64,000 nucleotides of DNA from an uncultured Candidatus Saccharibacteria bacterium (GCA_964364285.1 CAYIKZ010000001.1:17237-81236); one strand, 5' to 3'; positions 19,307 to 29,416 are shown, counted from the first letter of the stretch. Notes: generated from the sequence alone by a model not told the origin. Program-made: numbers and translations.

Positions 19307-19807
19307 ATGGCAAGAGATAACAAAAGAGAGAGATCAAATAGAGAACCAATAAAACGCGACTTTGAACAAAAGGTTGTTGAGATTAAGCGTGTTACTCGTG
19401 TTGTTGCTGGTGGTAAACGCATGCGTTTCAGAGCTCTCGTAGTTATTGGTGACAAAAAAGGAAAAGTCGGTATGGGCTTGAGAAAAGGTGTTGACGTTGC
19501 TGAATCAGTAAACAAAGCAGTTAATGCAGCAAAGAAAAATATGATCATGGTTCCTTTGATCAACGGAACAATCCCACACCAGATTAAATTAAAGTACAAA
19601 TCAAGCAGAATTATTCTTCTCCCAGCTCGTCCAGGTACTGGTATCATTGCCGGTGGTGCTTTAAGAAGCGTTTTGGATTTAGCCGGTGTTAAGAACATCT
19701 TAAGCAAAATGCTTGGTTCTTCTAACAAAGTAAACAATGTTAAAGCTGTCTTTGAAGCATTCAAGAAAATGAAAACAGCTGATCAATTAAGACAGGCAAG
19801 AAAATAA
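19307..19807 (+). CDS. rpsE: 30S ribosomal protein S5
   Basis: S5 dsRBD and C-terminal domain (VTRVVAGGKRMRFRALVVIGD). Confidence 0.95.
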   Translation: MARDNKRERSNREPIKRDFEQKVVEIKRVTRVVAGGKRMRFRALVVIGDKKGKVGMGLRKGVDVAESVNKAVNAAKKNMIMVPLINGTIPHQIKLKYKSSRIILLPARPGTGIIAGGALRSVLDLAGVKNILSKMLGSSNKVNNVKAVFEAFKKMKTADQLRQARK

Positions 19808-19811
19808 TCAT

Positions 19812-20249
19812 ATGATTAAACTACACGAACTAAAAGTATACAAGGGTTCTACAAAGCGCAGAAAGGTTGTTGGTCGCGGACTTGGTTCTGGACACGGCAC
19901 ATATTCTGGTAGAGGAGCTAAAGGACAAGGATCAAGAAAGAGCGGAAATGTTCGCCCAGGATTTGAAGGTGGACGCCAACCTTTAATTAGACAAACACCT
20001 AAACTCCGTGGTTTCAAGAGCCCACACGCTGAAGCTTTTGCGGTCAAAGTATCAAGACTTAACAAGTTTGAAAACGGAGCTAAAGTAACAATGGAATCTT
20101 TGTTTAAATTAGGAATCACTAGAGCAATAGACCAGAAAGTAAAGATTGTTTCTGGTGGTGAGTTAAAAAAGAAAGTTGAAGTATTTGTACCAGCATCTGC
20201 AACTGCAAAACAGACAATTGAAAAAGCTGGTGGCAAAGTAAACGCTTAA
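19812..20249 (+). CDS. rplO: 50S ribosomal protein L15
   Basis: L15 signature. Follows rpsE directly (no rpmD). Confidence 0.93.
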   Translation: MIKLHELKVYKGSTKRRKVVGRGLGSGHGTYSGRGAKGQGSRKSGNVRPGFEGGRQPLIRQTPKLRGFKSPHAEAFAVKVSRLNKFENGAKVTMESLFKLGITRAIDQKVKIVSGGELKKKVEVFVPASATAKQTIEKAGGKVNA

Positions 20250-20285
20250 ACATCGTTTCTTTGCTTTTTGTGATAATATATACGT

Positions 20286-21563
20286 ATGAACAAAATAGCT
20301 TTAATTTGGAAAACTAAAGACCTTCGCAACAAGATTTTGATTATGGTTGGTCTTTTGATTTTGACTCGCTTTTTAGCACACATTCCAATTCCAGGATTAA
20401 GTGCAACATCATTACAGAACTTCTTTAACCAAAATCAACTCTTTAACCTTTTAGATATTTTTTCAGGTGGTGGTCTTTCCAACCTTTCAATTGCAATGCT
20501 TGGTGTTGGACCATACATCACAGCATCGATCGTCATCCAACTTCTAACCGTAATTATTCCTTCATTTTCTGAATTACAAAAAGAGGGTGGAGAAGCAGGA
20601 AGAGCAAAGTTAGCCCAATATACAAGATATCTAACAGTTCCTTTGTCAGTATTACAAGGTTACAGCACAATCCGTCTTTTCCAATCAGCACAAGGCGGAG
20701 CAGCCATTGGCAACTTAACTTCTTTCCAGTGGTTAATTACATTGGTAGCAGTTGCTGTTGGTACGATTCTTTTGATGTGGCTTGGTGAGCTCATTACAGA
20801 ATATGGAATTGGTAATGGTATTTCTTTAATCATTTTTGCTGGTATAGTTGCAAGATTACCTCAAGCATTACAGCAAATGGTTTCCTTGTATGATCCTAGC
20901 AAGTTACCAATGATTATTGCTTTCATTGCAGCTGGTTTGTTAGTCATAGCTGCTGTGGTGTATGTAACAGAAGCACAACGAAACATTCCTGTTTCATATG
21001 CCAAGCGTATGACAGGTAACAAGACATATGGTGGAGTCAGCACTCATTTACCTTTGCGTGTTAACCAAGCTGGAGTTATCCCAATAATCTTTGCAATTTC
21101 AGTGATGTTGCTTCCTGGTTTAATCGCAAATTTCTTCTTAACAGCAAAGAGCGCCATGGTTGCAAATGCAGCTAACTACATTGTAGAAATCTTTAGAAAT
21201 CAGACTTTCTATGCAGTGCTCTACTTTGTACTAGTTCTGCTCTTCACCTTCCTTTATACAGCAATAGTTTTCAACCCAGACGAGATTTCAGAGAACATTC
21301 AAAAGAACGGTGGGTTTGTTCCTGGTTTAAGACCAGGCAGACAAACAGCAGAATACCTTTACAGAGTTTTAAACAGAATCACAGTTTTTGGAGCGGTTTT
21401 CCTTGCTTTGATTGCTGTATTACCATATGTTTTTCAAGCATATACTAACACCCAGGTATTAACTCTTGGTGGCACAAGCTTGTTAATCGTAGTTTCTGTT
21501 GTCATTGAGACCATCAAATCAATTGAAGCACAAATGGTCATGCGGGATTATGAAACTATTTAA
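20286..21563 (+). CDS. secY: preprotein translocase subunit SecY
   Basis: 10-TM SecY family. Conserved position after rplO. Confidence 0.95.
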   Translation: MNKIALIWKTKDLRNKILIMVGLLILTRFLAHIPIPGLSATSLQNFFNQNQLFNLLDIFSGGGLSNLSIAMLGVGPYITASIVIQLLTVIIPSFSELQKEGGEAGRAKLAQYTRYLTVPLSVLQGYSTIRLFQSAQGGAAIGNLTSFQWLITLVAVAVGTILLMWLGELITEYGIGNGISLIIFAGIVARLPQALQQMVSLYDPSKLPMIIAFIAAGLLVIAAVVYVTEAQRNIPVSYAKRMTGNKTYGGVSTHLPLRVNQAGVIPIIFAISVMLLPGLIANFFLTAKSAMVANAANYIVEIFRNQTFYAVLYFVLVLLFTFLYTAIVFNPDEISENIQKNGGFVPGLRPGRQTAEYLYRVLNRITVFGAVFLALIAVLPYVFQAYTNTQVLTLGGTSLLIVVSVVIETIKSIEAQMVMRDYETI

Positions 21564-21571
21564 TTTTTAAA

Positions 21572-21596
21572 CGCCGCTCGCAAGAGCGGTTTTTTA
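21572..21596 (+). terminator. rho-independent terminator after secY
   Basis: CCGCTC-GCAA-GAGCGG plus T6. Confidence 0.65.
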
Positions 21597-21597
21597 G

Positions 21598-22260
21598 ATG
21601 TATAATAACTACAACATGAACGCATCAACATATATATTCATAGGACCGCAAGGTTCAGGCAAAGGTACTCAAGCAGAATTCTTAGTTCAAAAACTCAATG
21701 CTGAGTTTGTTGAAATGGGTGGGTTGCTTAGAGAGATATCAAGCCAAGACACAGAGTTTGGTAAACATGTTAAAGGGTTAATAGACCAAGGGGTTTTACT
21801 TACCGATGATGATATTGAAAAGGTATTAACAGAGAAATTGTCCCATATTAATTCTTCAAAAATAGTTGTCTTTGATGGTGTTCCAAGAAGAATTGGTCAG
21901 GCAAACTTTTTGCTAAGGCTATTAGGAGAGATTGGCAGAAAAGATTTAGTCACTATTTATATAAGTTTGCCTAGAGAAGAAACTTTTCATCGTTTGAGTT
22001 TAAGAAGGATTTGTGAAGTTTGTACCACTCCAGCTATTTCAAATGGGGATTCAAACCAGGTTTGTGAGAAATGTGGAGGTAAACTAATAATTCGCAAAGA
22101 CGATACGGAAGAAGCAATAAACAAAAGACTTGATCAGTATGAAACAGATACTTTACCGGTTGTAGATTTCCTTAGAGACCATACTAAGTTTGTGGAAATA
22201 GACGGGGATCAGATCATTCCAAAAGTTACTTCTGATATTAACGCAGCATTAGGTATTTAA
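21598..22260 (+). CDS. adk: adenylate kinase (long form with zinc-binding LID)
   Basis: P-loop GPQGSGKGTQ. LID cysteines CEVC...CEKCGG. The true start may be the internal Met at 21616. Confidence 0.9.
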   Translation: MYNNYNMNASTYIFIGPQGSGKGTQAEFLVQKLNAEFVEMGGLLREISSQDTEFGKHVKGLIDQGVLLTDDDIEKVLTEKLSHINSSKIVVFDGVPRRIGQANFLLRLLGEIGRKDLVTIYISLPREETFHRLSLRRICEVCTTPAISNGDSNQVCEKCGGKLIIRKDDTEEAINKRLDQYETDTLPVVDFLRDHTKFVEIDGDQIIPKVTSDINAALGI

Positions 22261-22261
22261 A

Positions 22262-22879
22262 ATGAACCAACCTTTAAACATTATTCTTCTTGGTGATCCA
22301 GCAGCAGGAAAAGCAACTCAAGCAAAGTTCTTACTCAACAAACACAAACTTCTTGATTTAGACATGGGTCGAGAGATGCGTTTAATATTAAACGGAAAGG
22401 GAAGTAGTGCGGTTAGAAAAGCCTTAAAACAAACAACCAGCAAAGGAAAGTTAGCACCAACAGACATTGTTCGCGCAATACACAAACAGAAGATTCTTTC
22501 GGCTTCAAAAAACAAAGGTATTTTGCTAGATGGTACTCCTAAAATGATTGGTGAAGCAAAACTTGTTTACAAATGGATGCAGCAGGTTAAAAGAACTCCT
22601 AAAAGCACAATTGCCTTGTATTTACATATACCAGAGAAAGAAGTGTTAAAGCGTGCTAAAAACAGAATAGAATATTTTAAAGGGAAATTTTCTAAACGTC
22701 CTGATGATACAATTGATTCTTTAAAAAATAGAATTAAATATTACAGAAAAAATATTGCACAAGTTATTTCTTTCTTTAAAGGAAAATACTATTACAAAGA
22801 AATTAATGGTTTAGGAAGCAGAACAGAGGTAAAAAAGAGAATTGATAGAGTGATAACGGAGTTTTTAAAACATGCGTAA
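22262..22879 (+). CDS. second adenylate/nucleoside-monophosphate kinase paralog (short LID)
   Basis: P-loop GDPAAGKATQ. NMP-kinase fold without cysteine LID. Tandem to adk. Confidence 0.65.
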   Translation: MNQPLNIILLGDPAAGKATQAKFLLNKHKLLDLDMGREMRLILNGKGSSAVRKALKQTTSKGKLAPTDIVRAIHKQKILSASKNKGILLDGTPKMIGEAKLVYKWMQQVKRTPKSTIALYLHIPEKEVLKRAKNRIEYFKGKFSKRPDDTIDSLKNRIKYYRKNIAQVISFFKGKYYYKEINGLGSRTEVKKRIDRVITEFLKHA

Positions 22880-23621
22880 GACTCAAGAAGAAATAGACAA
22901 AATTAAAGAAGGCGGGAAGATCTTAAATCGGATTTTGTTACAAACAGCAGAGCTTGTAAGACCAGGTGTTTCAACTTGGGAACTAAATACTTTTGCAGAA
23001 CAAGAAATATTTAAAGCAGGAGGCAAACCATCTTTTAAAGGATATGGTAACAAAGGACATTTGTTTCCAGCAGGACTTTGTACTTCTGTAAATTCTGTAG
23101 TTGTTCACGGTGTTCCTTCAAAAGAAAGAATCTTGAAAGAAGGAGACATCATTGGACTTGATATTGGTATGGAGTATAAAGGTTTGTTTACAGATACAGC
23201 CATAACAGTTCCGGTTGGCAAGATTTCAGAGAAAGCCCAAAACCTTCTTTCACTTACTAAAAAAGCTCTAGCAATTGGTATTGCAGAAGCAAAGATTGGA
23301 AATAAAGTCGGAGATATTGGGGCTGCAGTACAGAAAGTTGCTGATGACAACAAATTGGGAATAATTAGAGATCTTGTTGGTCATGGAGTAGGGCATGCAG
23401 TGCATGAAGAACCGCAAGTCCCAAACTATGGTAAAAAAGGAACAGGTCCTGAACTCACAGAAGGACTGGTCATTGCAATAGAACCAATGTTTACATTAGG
23501 TACTGATGATATTTTCATTGAAGATGATGGTTGGACTGTAACTACCAAAGATGAAAGTCTGGCAGCACACTTTGAGCATACTATTGTAATTACAAAAAGC
23601 GGTCCAGAAATCCTTACTTAA
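22872..23621 (+). CDS. map: methionine aminopeptidase type I
   Basis: M24 metal ligands pattern (D...D...H...E...E). Conserved position after adk. Confidence 0.92.
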   Translation: MRKTQEEIDKIKEGGKILNRILLQTAELVRPGVSTWELNTFAEQEIFKAGGKPSFKGYGNKGHLFPAGLCTSVNSVVVHGVPSKERILKEGDIIGLDIGMEYKGLFTDTAITVPVGKISEKAQNLLSLTKKALAIGIAEAKIGNKVGDIGAAVQKVADDNKLGIIRDLVGHGVGHAVHEEPQVPNYGKKGTGPELTEGLVIAIEPMFTLGTDDIFIEDDGWTVTTKDESLAAHFEHTIVITKSGPEILT

Positions 23622-23665
23622 AACCGTGCTTAGAGTATGATAATATATAGCTGAGGAGACGGTTT

Positions 23666-24928
23666 ATGCAAGAAGAAATAAAAGAAACAATAGAATCAAA
23701 AAGCATCAAAAAGCTAGGCAATGGTCTAATTGTCTCTATTGTCTTAATTAGCGTTTTTGGAGGAGCAATTTCAGGGTTTGCTGGCGGTGTTTTTGCATCC
23801 AAAAGCAAACTCTTTGGTTTAAATTCAAAAGTAGCGGGTGTGGTTGCTCAGAATACAGAAAACAAAGCATCAACAGAACAAAAACAAGAAAATGTTCAAA
23901 GTTCACCAGATACAGTTGATGTCATAAAGAAGGCAAGTGCAGCTGTTGTTTCAGTGATTATTTCTGAAGATATTAACAAATACAATTCATTTAGCAGTCC
24001 GTTTTTCTTTGATCCGTTCTTTCAGAACCAACAACAGCAAAACACAACTCCACAATACAAAGAAACAGGAGCAGGAAGCGGTTTCTTTGTAAGTTCTGAT
24101 GGTTTGATTATGACTAACAAGCATGTTGTTGCAAGCACTACTGCTAAATTTACGGTTGTAACCTCAAATGGAAAAAGATTTGATGCAACAGTTTTAGCAC
24201 AAGACCCTTTAAGTGATCTCGCGATTATTAAGATATCAATTAAAGGCGCTACATATTTAAAACTTTCTGATTCATCTAAGATTCAGATTGGTCAGAGAGT
24301 TATAGCTATTGGTAATTCATTAGGTGAATACAGCAATACTGTTACAACAGGTATAATCTCGGGGATCGGAAGAACAATAACTGCAGGAGGTGCTGGAACC
24401 TCTGAAACATTAGAAGGAGTTATCCAAACAGACGCTGCAATCAACCCGGGGAATTCTGGTGGCCCATTGCTTAATGAGTATGGAGATGTCATTGGTATAA
24501 ATACGGCAATGGCACAGCAAGGGCAGTCTGTTGGTTTTGCAATTCCTTCAAATGATATTTCAAAAGCTTTACAGAGCTACAAAAAATACGGACGAATAGT
24601 TAAAGCATTTTTGGGTATTAGATACGCTTTAATCAATGCTCAGATCCAACAACAAAACAACTTGCCTATTGATCACGGAGCATGGATCATAACTGGAACA
24701 GATGAATATGGCAGTCCGGTTTCTGGTGTCACTCCTGGTAGCTCCGCAGAAAAAGCAGGACTTAAGGATTCTGATATAATCACAGCGGTTAATGGCGTTA
24801 AGATTGATGATACTCACAGCTTGGCAGGATTGATAAGGCAGTATAATCCAGGAGATACTGTTACACTAGATGTGATTAGAGACAAACAAAACATGAAGAT
24901 TAAGGTTGTATTAAGTGAAAGCAAATAA
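23666..24928 (+). CDS. HtrA/DegP-family serine protease with N-terminal membrane anchor and PDZ domain
   Basis: Catalytic motifs TNKHVV, D, GNSGGPL. C-terminal PDZ. Confidence 0.88.
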   Translation: MQEEIKETIESKSIKKLGNGLIVSIVLISVFGGAISGFAGGVFASKSKLFGLNSKVAGVVAQNTENKASTEQKQENVQSSPDTVDVIKKASAAVVSVIISEDINKYNSFSSPFFFDPFFQNQQQQNTTPQYKETGAGSGFFVSSDGLIMTNKHVVASTTAKFTVVTSNGKRFDATVLAQDPLSDLAIIKISIKGATYLKLSDSSKIQIGQRVIAIGNSLGEYSNTVTTGIISGIGRTITAGGAGTSETLEGVIQTDAAINPGNSGGPLLNEYGDVIGINTAMAQQGQSVGFAIPSNDISKALQSYKKYGRIVKAFLGIRYALINAQIQQQNNLPIDHGAWIITGTDEYGSPVSGVTPGSSAEKAGLKDSDIITAVNGVKIDDTHSLAGLIRQYNPGDTVTLDVIRDKQNMKIKVVLSESK

Positions 24929-25311
24929 TGTCTAGAATATTAGCAATAGATTATGGTGAAAAAAGAATGGGTTTGGCTTTAAGTGATGAAGAGCAAAAGT
25001 TTGCTTTTGAGTTTGAAATTTGGAGCCCTGAACAAATCTTCGAAGACCTTCCAAACTTACTTAAAGAAAAAGGTGTTAGCAAAATCGTCTTAGGCAATCC
25101 TTTAAATATGAGTGGAGAATCAACCAAAAAAACAGAAGAGGTTGTGGAGTTTAAGAAAAAGATAGAAGCAATGTGTGGACTTGGGGTGGAGTTGGTAGAC
25201 GAGAGATTGAGTTCAAAGATGGCTGAAAATATTTCAGGTCATAGCAAAAACATTGATTCTCTAGCTGCGCAAATATTTCTACAGAACTATCTCAACAAAC
25301 AAACTAACTAG
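24928..25311 (+). CDS. ruvX: putative pre-16S rRNA nuclease / Holliday junction resolvase-like YqgF
   Basis: ILAIDYGEKRMGLALSD is the YqgF/RuvX N-terminus. Confidence 0.8.
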   Translation: MSRILAIDYGEKRMGLALSDEEQKFAFEFEIWSPEQIFEDLPNLLKEKGVSKIVLGNPLNMSGESTKKTEEVVEFKKKIEAMCGLGVELVDERLSSKMAENISGHSKNIDSLAAQIFLQNYLNKQTN

Positions 25312-25318
25312 AAACAAA

Positions 25319-25828
25319 ATGCATCATCAATTGAAAAAGGTATTACATCCGAACAGATATTTCATATGGGCAATTTTTGCTTTGCTTTTTTCAGGTGCTG
25401 CGCTTCTTTCGTACATATATATATCTGGTTACTACTTTGACAGAGATTTTGTTTTTGCGGAGTTAAAAACAAACAAGCTTTTCTTGGATAACCAATTTAA
25501 TTACAGTGCAAGATACCCACACAACTGGCAGCTTGAAAGAGATGAAGTGGGAAATATAGTTTTTGAGAACCCGCAAAACCTTTCTGAGAGCTTCGTTGTT
25601 GTTCCACTTAAACCAAAAGATGAAAAAGCTGTTCGTAAAGCTTTGACCATTATAAAAGAGAACAACACGGCAAGGGGTGACATAAAGATTGCGATAATAA
25701 AAGGAAGGATAGACAAAGATCCTGAAATATATGACATTGCTTTAATAACCGATGGCAACAGCCTTTTCTATATCTATGGCCACTCTTCTTGGATTGATCG
25801 ATTTGTTAGAAACTTTAACATTTACTAA
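25319..25828 (+). CDS. hypothetical membrane-anchored protein
   Basis: N-terminal TM helix. No recognised domain. Confidence 0.4.
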   Translation: MHHQLKKVLHPNRYFIWAIFALLFSGAALLSYIYISGYYFDRDFVFAELKTNKLFLDNQFNYSARYPHNWQLERDEVGNIVFENPQNLSESFVVVPLKPKDEKAVRKALTIIKENNTARGDIKIAIIKGRIDKDPEIYDIALITDGNSLFYIYGHSSWIDRFVRNFNIY

Positions 25829-26814
25829 TGTCTCAATTCAGACAAAATCCAATATCTAAGCACTGGGTTTTAATTGCCCCAAATCGAAGCAAGCGTCCAG
25901 AGCAATTTGCACAAGAACCAGTGATTTCTCAAAACATGCCTGAAATTATTCCAGCTTGTGTTTTTTGTCCTGGTAATGAATCAAAGAACGATGAAATATT
26001 AAGATTTCCGAAAGGAAAAAATTGGGAGATTCGTGTCATCCCAAACAAATTTGAAGCGCTTTCAGATGTTCCTTTAACAGCTGATAGAGAGTTCTATATC
26101 TCAAGATCAGGAACAGGGGATCATGAGGTAGTTATTACAAGGAAGCATAATGAGCCAATTGCATTGCAATCAACAACAACTGTAGTTAATACTTTGAAAG
26201 TCTTGCAACAAAGATATTTAGAATTAGCAAAACATCAAAACCTTGCTTATGTTCAAATATTCTACAACCATGGTAGAGAAGCAGGGGCTTCCTTAATCCA
26301 TCCTCATTTTCAGATAATTTCAACACCATTTGTTCCTCATAATGTTCACGAAGAAATTATGGGTTGCTATCATTACTACCAAGCACACAAAAATTGTATT
26401 TATTGTGCAATAATAGAAGAGGAAAGAAAACAGAACGAACGAGTAATGTATGAAACCGAGGATTTCATCGTCCTTGCACCATATGCCTCAAGAAGCCCTT
26501 TTGAAACTTGGATTCTTCCTAGAAAACACGGTTCCAACTTTGAAGAGATTTCAGAGAAAGAAACAATTCAACTCGCGAATGTTTTAAAAATGGTTTTAGG
26601 AAGACTATATACAAAACTTTCAGATCCACCTCTTAACTTTTACATTCACACAATGCCGCTTGCACAAGCAGTTCACAGCGCGCACAAAAAAGAAACCTTC
26701 CATTGGCACCTGGTTATATTTCCAAGAATTGCCATTTGGGCTGGTTTTGAATATGCTACTGGTATACCAATTAACCCAATGTCCCCTGAAGACGCAGTAA
26801 AGTTTTTGAAATAA
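25828..26814 (+). CDS. galT: galactose-1-phosphate uridylyltransferase-family (HIT superfamily) enzyme
   Basis: CVFCPGNE zinc motif and HPHFQI active-site motif. Confidence 0.7.
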   Translation: MSQFRQNPISKHWVLIAPNRSKRPEQFAQEPVISQNMPEIIPACVFCPGNESKNDEILRFPKGKNWEIRVIPNKFEALSDVPLTADREFYISRSGTGDHEVVITRKHNEPIALQSTTTVVNTLKVLQQRYLELAKHQNLAYVQIFYNHGREAGASLIHPHFQIISTPFVPHNVHEEIMGCYHYYQAHKNCIYCAIIEEERKQNERVMYETEDFIVLAPYASRSPFETWILPRKHGSNFEEISEKETIQLANVLKMVLGRLYTKLSDPPLNFYIHTMPLAQAVHSAHKKETFHWHLVIFPRIAIWAGFEYATGIPINPMSPEDAVKFLK

Positions 26815-26815
26815 C

Positions 26816-27526
26816 ATGAAGAAACTAATAGTTGCAAATTGGAAAATGAACCCAAAGACTCTCAAAGAAGCACAGAAGCTCGTTTTAGCTGTTTCAAAAA
26901 CAAAGACACAAAACACAGTAGTAGTTTGTCCGCCTTTTGTATATCTTCCTGTTTTAAAAACAAAATTAATACTCGGGTCACAAGATATTTTTTGGCAAAG
27001 CAGTGGCCCTTTTACATCACAGATTTCAGCTGACATGCTTAAACAATTCAAAGTTAAATACGCTATAACAGGTCATTCTGAAAGACGTGCTTTGGGAGAA
27101 ACAGACAATGAGGTTAACTTAAAGGTTAAAGCAGCGATAGGGAACAAAATAATTCCAATTCTTTGCGTGGGATACGGTCTCTCAGAAGCAATGGGTGAAG
27201 AAGAAGTAATGGAGCATTTACAAAACCAACTTGAAGCAGGGTTAACAAATGTTGATCCAAAAAAAGTCGTAGTAGCATACGAACCAGCTTGGGCAATATC
27301 AAACGGAGATCCTTACAAAACAAAAGCAGTTGAAAACCCAGACCACGCTGAAAGAATTTGCATGTTCATTAGAATTAAGTTCAAAGTTTCAAAAGTTCTT
27401 TACGGTGGAAGCAGTGATGCTTCAAATGCTGAGAGCTTTTTACAACGACAAATTGATGGTTTACTTGTTGGTGGAGCAAGCTTAAGACCTGACGAGTTTA
27501 ATAAAATGATAACCATAAAAATATGA
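26816..27526 (+). CDS. tpiA: triosephosphate isomerase
   Basis: LIVANWKMN, ITGHSERR and EP(A/V)WAI motifs. Confidence 0.92.
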   Translation: MKKLIVANWKMNPKTLKEAQKLVLAVSKTKTQNTVVVCPPFVYLPVLKTKLILGSQDIFWQSSGPFTSQISADMLKQFKVKYAITGHSERRALGETDNEVNLKVKAAIGNKIIPILCVGYGLSEAMGEEEVMEHLQNQLEAGLTNVDPKKVVVAYEPAWAISNGDPYKTKAVENPDHAERICMFIRIKFKVSKVLYGGSSDASNAESFLQRQIDGLLVGGASLRPDEFNKMITIKI

Positions 27527-27963
27527 TATACATTGGATCTGATCATGGCGGGTTTAAATTAAAAGAAGATTTGAAGAAGTTTTTAAAGCGTGCTAAATGG
27601 CAGTATGTTGATGTTGGTGCAAAAAAACTTGTTAAAGATGATGACTTTACACCATATACTACAAAAGTATCAAAAGCAGTACAAAAAAATCCAGCAAAAA
27701 ACAAAGGCATTTTAATTTGTAGATCAGGACAGGGTGTTTGCATCGCAGCTAATCGTTTCAAACATGTCAGAGCAGCTCTTGCTTGGAATGAACACGCAGC
27801 TACTCATTCAAGACACGATGATGATGCTAATGTTCTTTGTCTTCCATCTGATTTCATTTCAACAGAAACAGCAGAAGATATAGTTTGGTTTTGGCTAACA
27901 ACAAAGTTCTCTTTTGAAAAGCGATTTATTAGGAGAATAAAAGAAATTAACAATCTAAAATAA
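27523..27963 (+). CDS. rpiB: ribose-5-phosphate isomerase B
   Basis: MIYIGSDHGGFKLKEDL...ICRSGQG is an RpiB/LacAB signature. Confidence 0.88.
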   Translation: MIYIGSDHGGFKLKEDLKKFLKRAKWQYVDVGAKKLVKDDDFTPYTTKVSKAVQKNPAKNKGILICRSGQGVCIAANRFKHVRAALAWNEHAATHSRHDDDANVLCLPSDFISTETAEDIVWFWLTTKFSFEKRFIRRIKEINNLK

Positions 27964-28625
27964 TGGCTATTGTAGTTCCGGCTATCCTTGAAGATGACTG
28001 GGATAATTTTAGAAATAAGTTAGGAATAATAATAAAGATCCCTGGTGTAAAACGCATCCAGGTTGATTTTTCAGATGGTCAGTTTACATCTCACAAGGAT
28101 TTACAGATATCAGAACTTGATATTTTAAATCCTGCTTTTGAATGGGAAGCACATCTCATGGTCAATGATCCACGAGCATATTTCTTTGAAGCAAAACTTG
28201 TTGGTTTCAAAACAGTTCTTTTCCATTTTGAAGCCATAAAAGACAAGAATGAGATTTTTCAACTAGCAGAAGAACTTGATGCTCTAAAATTAACTCCAGG
28301 TTTAGTAATTAACCCAGAGACAAGCATTACAGAGGTGTTGCCATATGTTGATTTTTTCAAACAAATTTCAATAATGGGGGTGCATCCTGGTGATAAAGGA
28401 CAGAAGGAGCTCCCTAACACGGCTGAGAAAGTTAGAGAATTGAGAAATGCTTACAAAAATGGTATATTAGAGGTGGATGGCGGCGTAAAAATATCGAATA
28501 TTAAGGAACTTTCCGCAGCCGGAGCAGACCTTTTGATAGCTAACTCAGCACTTTTTGATACCGGCTCAGAAGGTAACAAAACTCCTGCGGATAACTTCCA
28601 GGAACTGAGTCATGCAATTCTCTAG
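27963..28625 (+). CDS. rpe: ribulose-phosphate 3-epimerase
   Basis: AIVVPAIL, HLMV, VDGG motifs of Rpe. Confidence 0.85.
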   Translation: MAIVVPAILEDDWDNFRNKLGIIIKIPGVKRIQVDFSDGQFTSHKDLQISELDILNPAFEWEAHLMVNDPRAYFFEAKLVGFKTVLFHFEAIKDKNEIFQLAEELDALKLTPGLVINPETSITEVLPYVDFFKQISIMGVHPGDKGQKELPNTAEKVRELRNAYKNGILEVDGGVKISNIKELSAAGADLLIANSALFDTGSEGNKTPADNFQELSHAIL

Positions 28626-29409
28626 TTTTTGGCACAACATATCAGAGAGTATCAGCCGCACCAACAGACAGCTATTTGTTCTTTTACAAGCGGGGATACT
28701 TCTTTTTTTGTACGCCCTGCGTGATTTAGGAATAGCAGCAGCATTGTTTGCAGCAGGATACTTTGTTGCAAAAAAGAATCAACCAACAGGCTTGGTTTTA
28801 GAAATACTTTCATTGGTATATTTCCTGTTTTGGTTCATGAAATACAACGGCGCTTTGGGATTAGTCTATACATATCTTTCCCAGGGAGAAACAAAAATCT
28901 TAGAAATATCTTCTAAAGCTGAACGTCTTGGTTGGAAGTTCTTCTCAAATTCTTTTGGAGCTGGAGTTATCCTGTTCTTTGGACAGGTTTTACTAGCTTG
29001 TCCTTGTTTCCTTGCAAGAAGCAACTTCATTTTTAGTCCTTTCCTTTTTGTTTATGAAGACCTTGATTGGAAAAGAGCCAGAGAAAGAAGCAAAGAACTT
29101 TCAAGAGGGCTTGCCTGGTTTGTTTTAGCAAGAACCTTAGGACTTCTTTCCATCGGATACATTCTGCTTCTGGTTGCGATCGTTTTTCTGATCTCTCAAC
29201 AACTAATACTAGGTTTTGTTCTTCTGGGATTAATAATATATCTGGGGTTGGTACAAAGTAATTTCATTCGCCTGTTCTACATTGAAATGCTTGAAGCAAC
29301 AGAAGAGCAGAGAAACAGAGATATTGGTTCTCGCTTCAAAGTTTTAACAGCAGTTTCCTTAGTCATTGTTTTAATAACATACATAGTTTTTAAAGTCTTT
29401 CCTCACTAA
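28612..29409 (+). CDS. hypothetical polytopic membrane protein
   Basis: Multiple hydrophobic helices. Embedded in the PPP/glycolysis block. Confidence 0.4.
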   Translation: MQFSSFWHNISESISRTNRQLFVLLQAGILLFLYALRDLGIAAALFAAGYFVAKKNQPTGLVLEILSLVYFLFWFMKYNGALGLVYTYLSQGETKILEISSKAERLGWKFFSNSFGAGVILFFGQVLLACPCFLARSNFIFSPFLFVYEDLDWKRARERSKELSRGLAWFVLARTLGLLSIGYILLLVAIVFLISQQLILGFVLLGLIIYLGLVQSNFIRLFYIEMLEATEEQRNRDIGSRFKVLTAVSLVIVLITYIVFKVFPH

Positions 29410-29416
29410 AACAAAA

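Noticed and set aside
602-20236. Numerous antisense or out-of-frame ORFs inside conserved genes (for example 602..826-, 3849..4292-, 5294..5710+, 9692..10003-, 19291..19764-, 19808..20236-)
   Set aside because: They are fully embedded in strongly conserved r-protein or EF genes on the opposite strand or in an alternate frame. They have low-complexity translations and no start signals.
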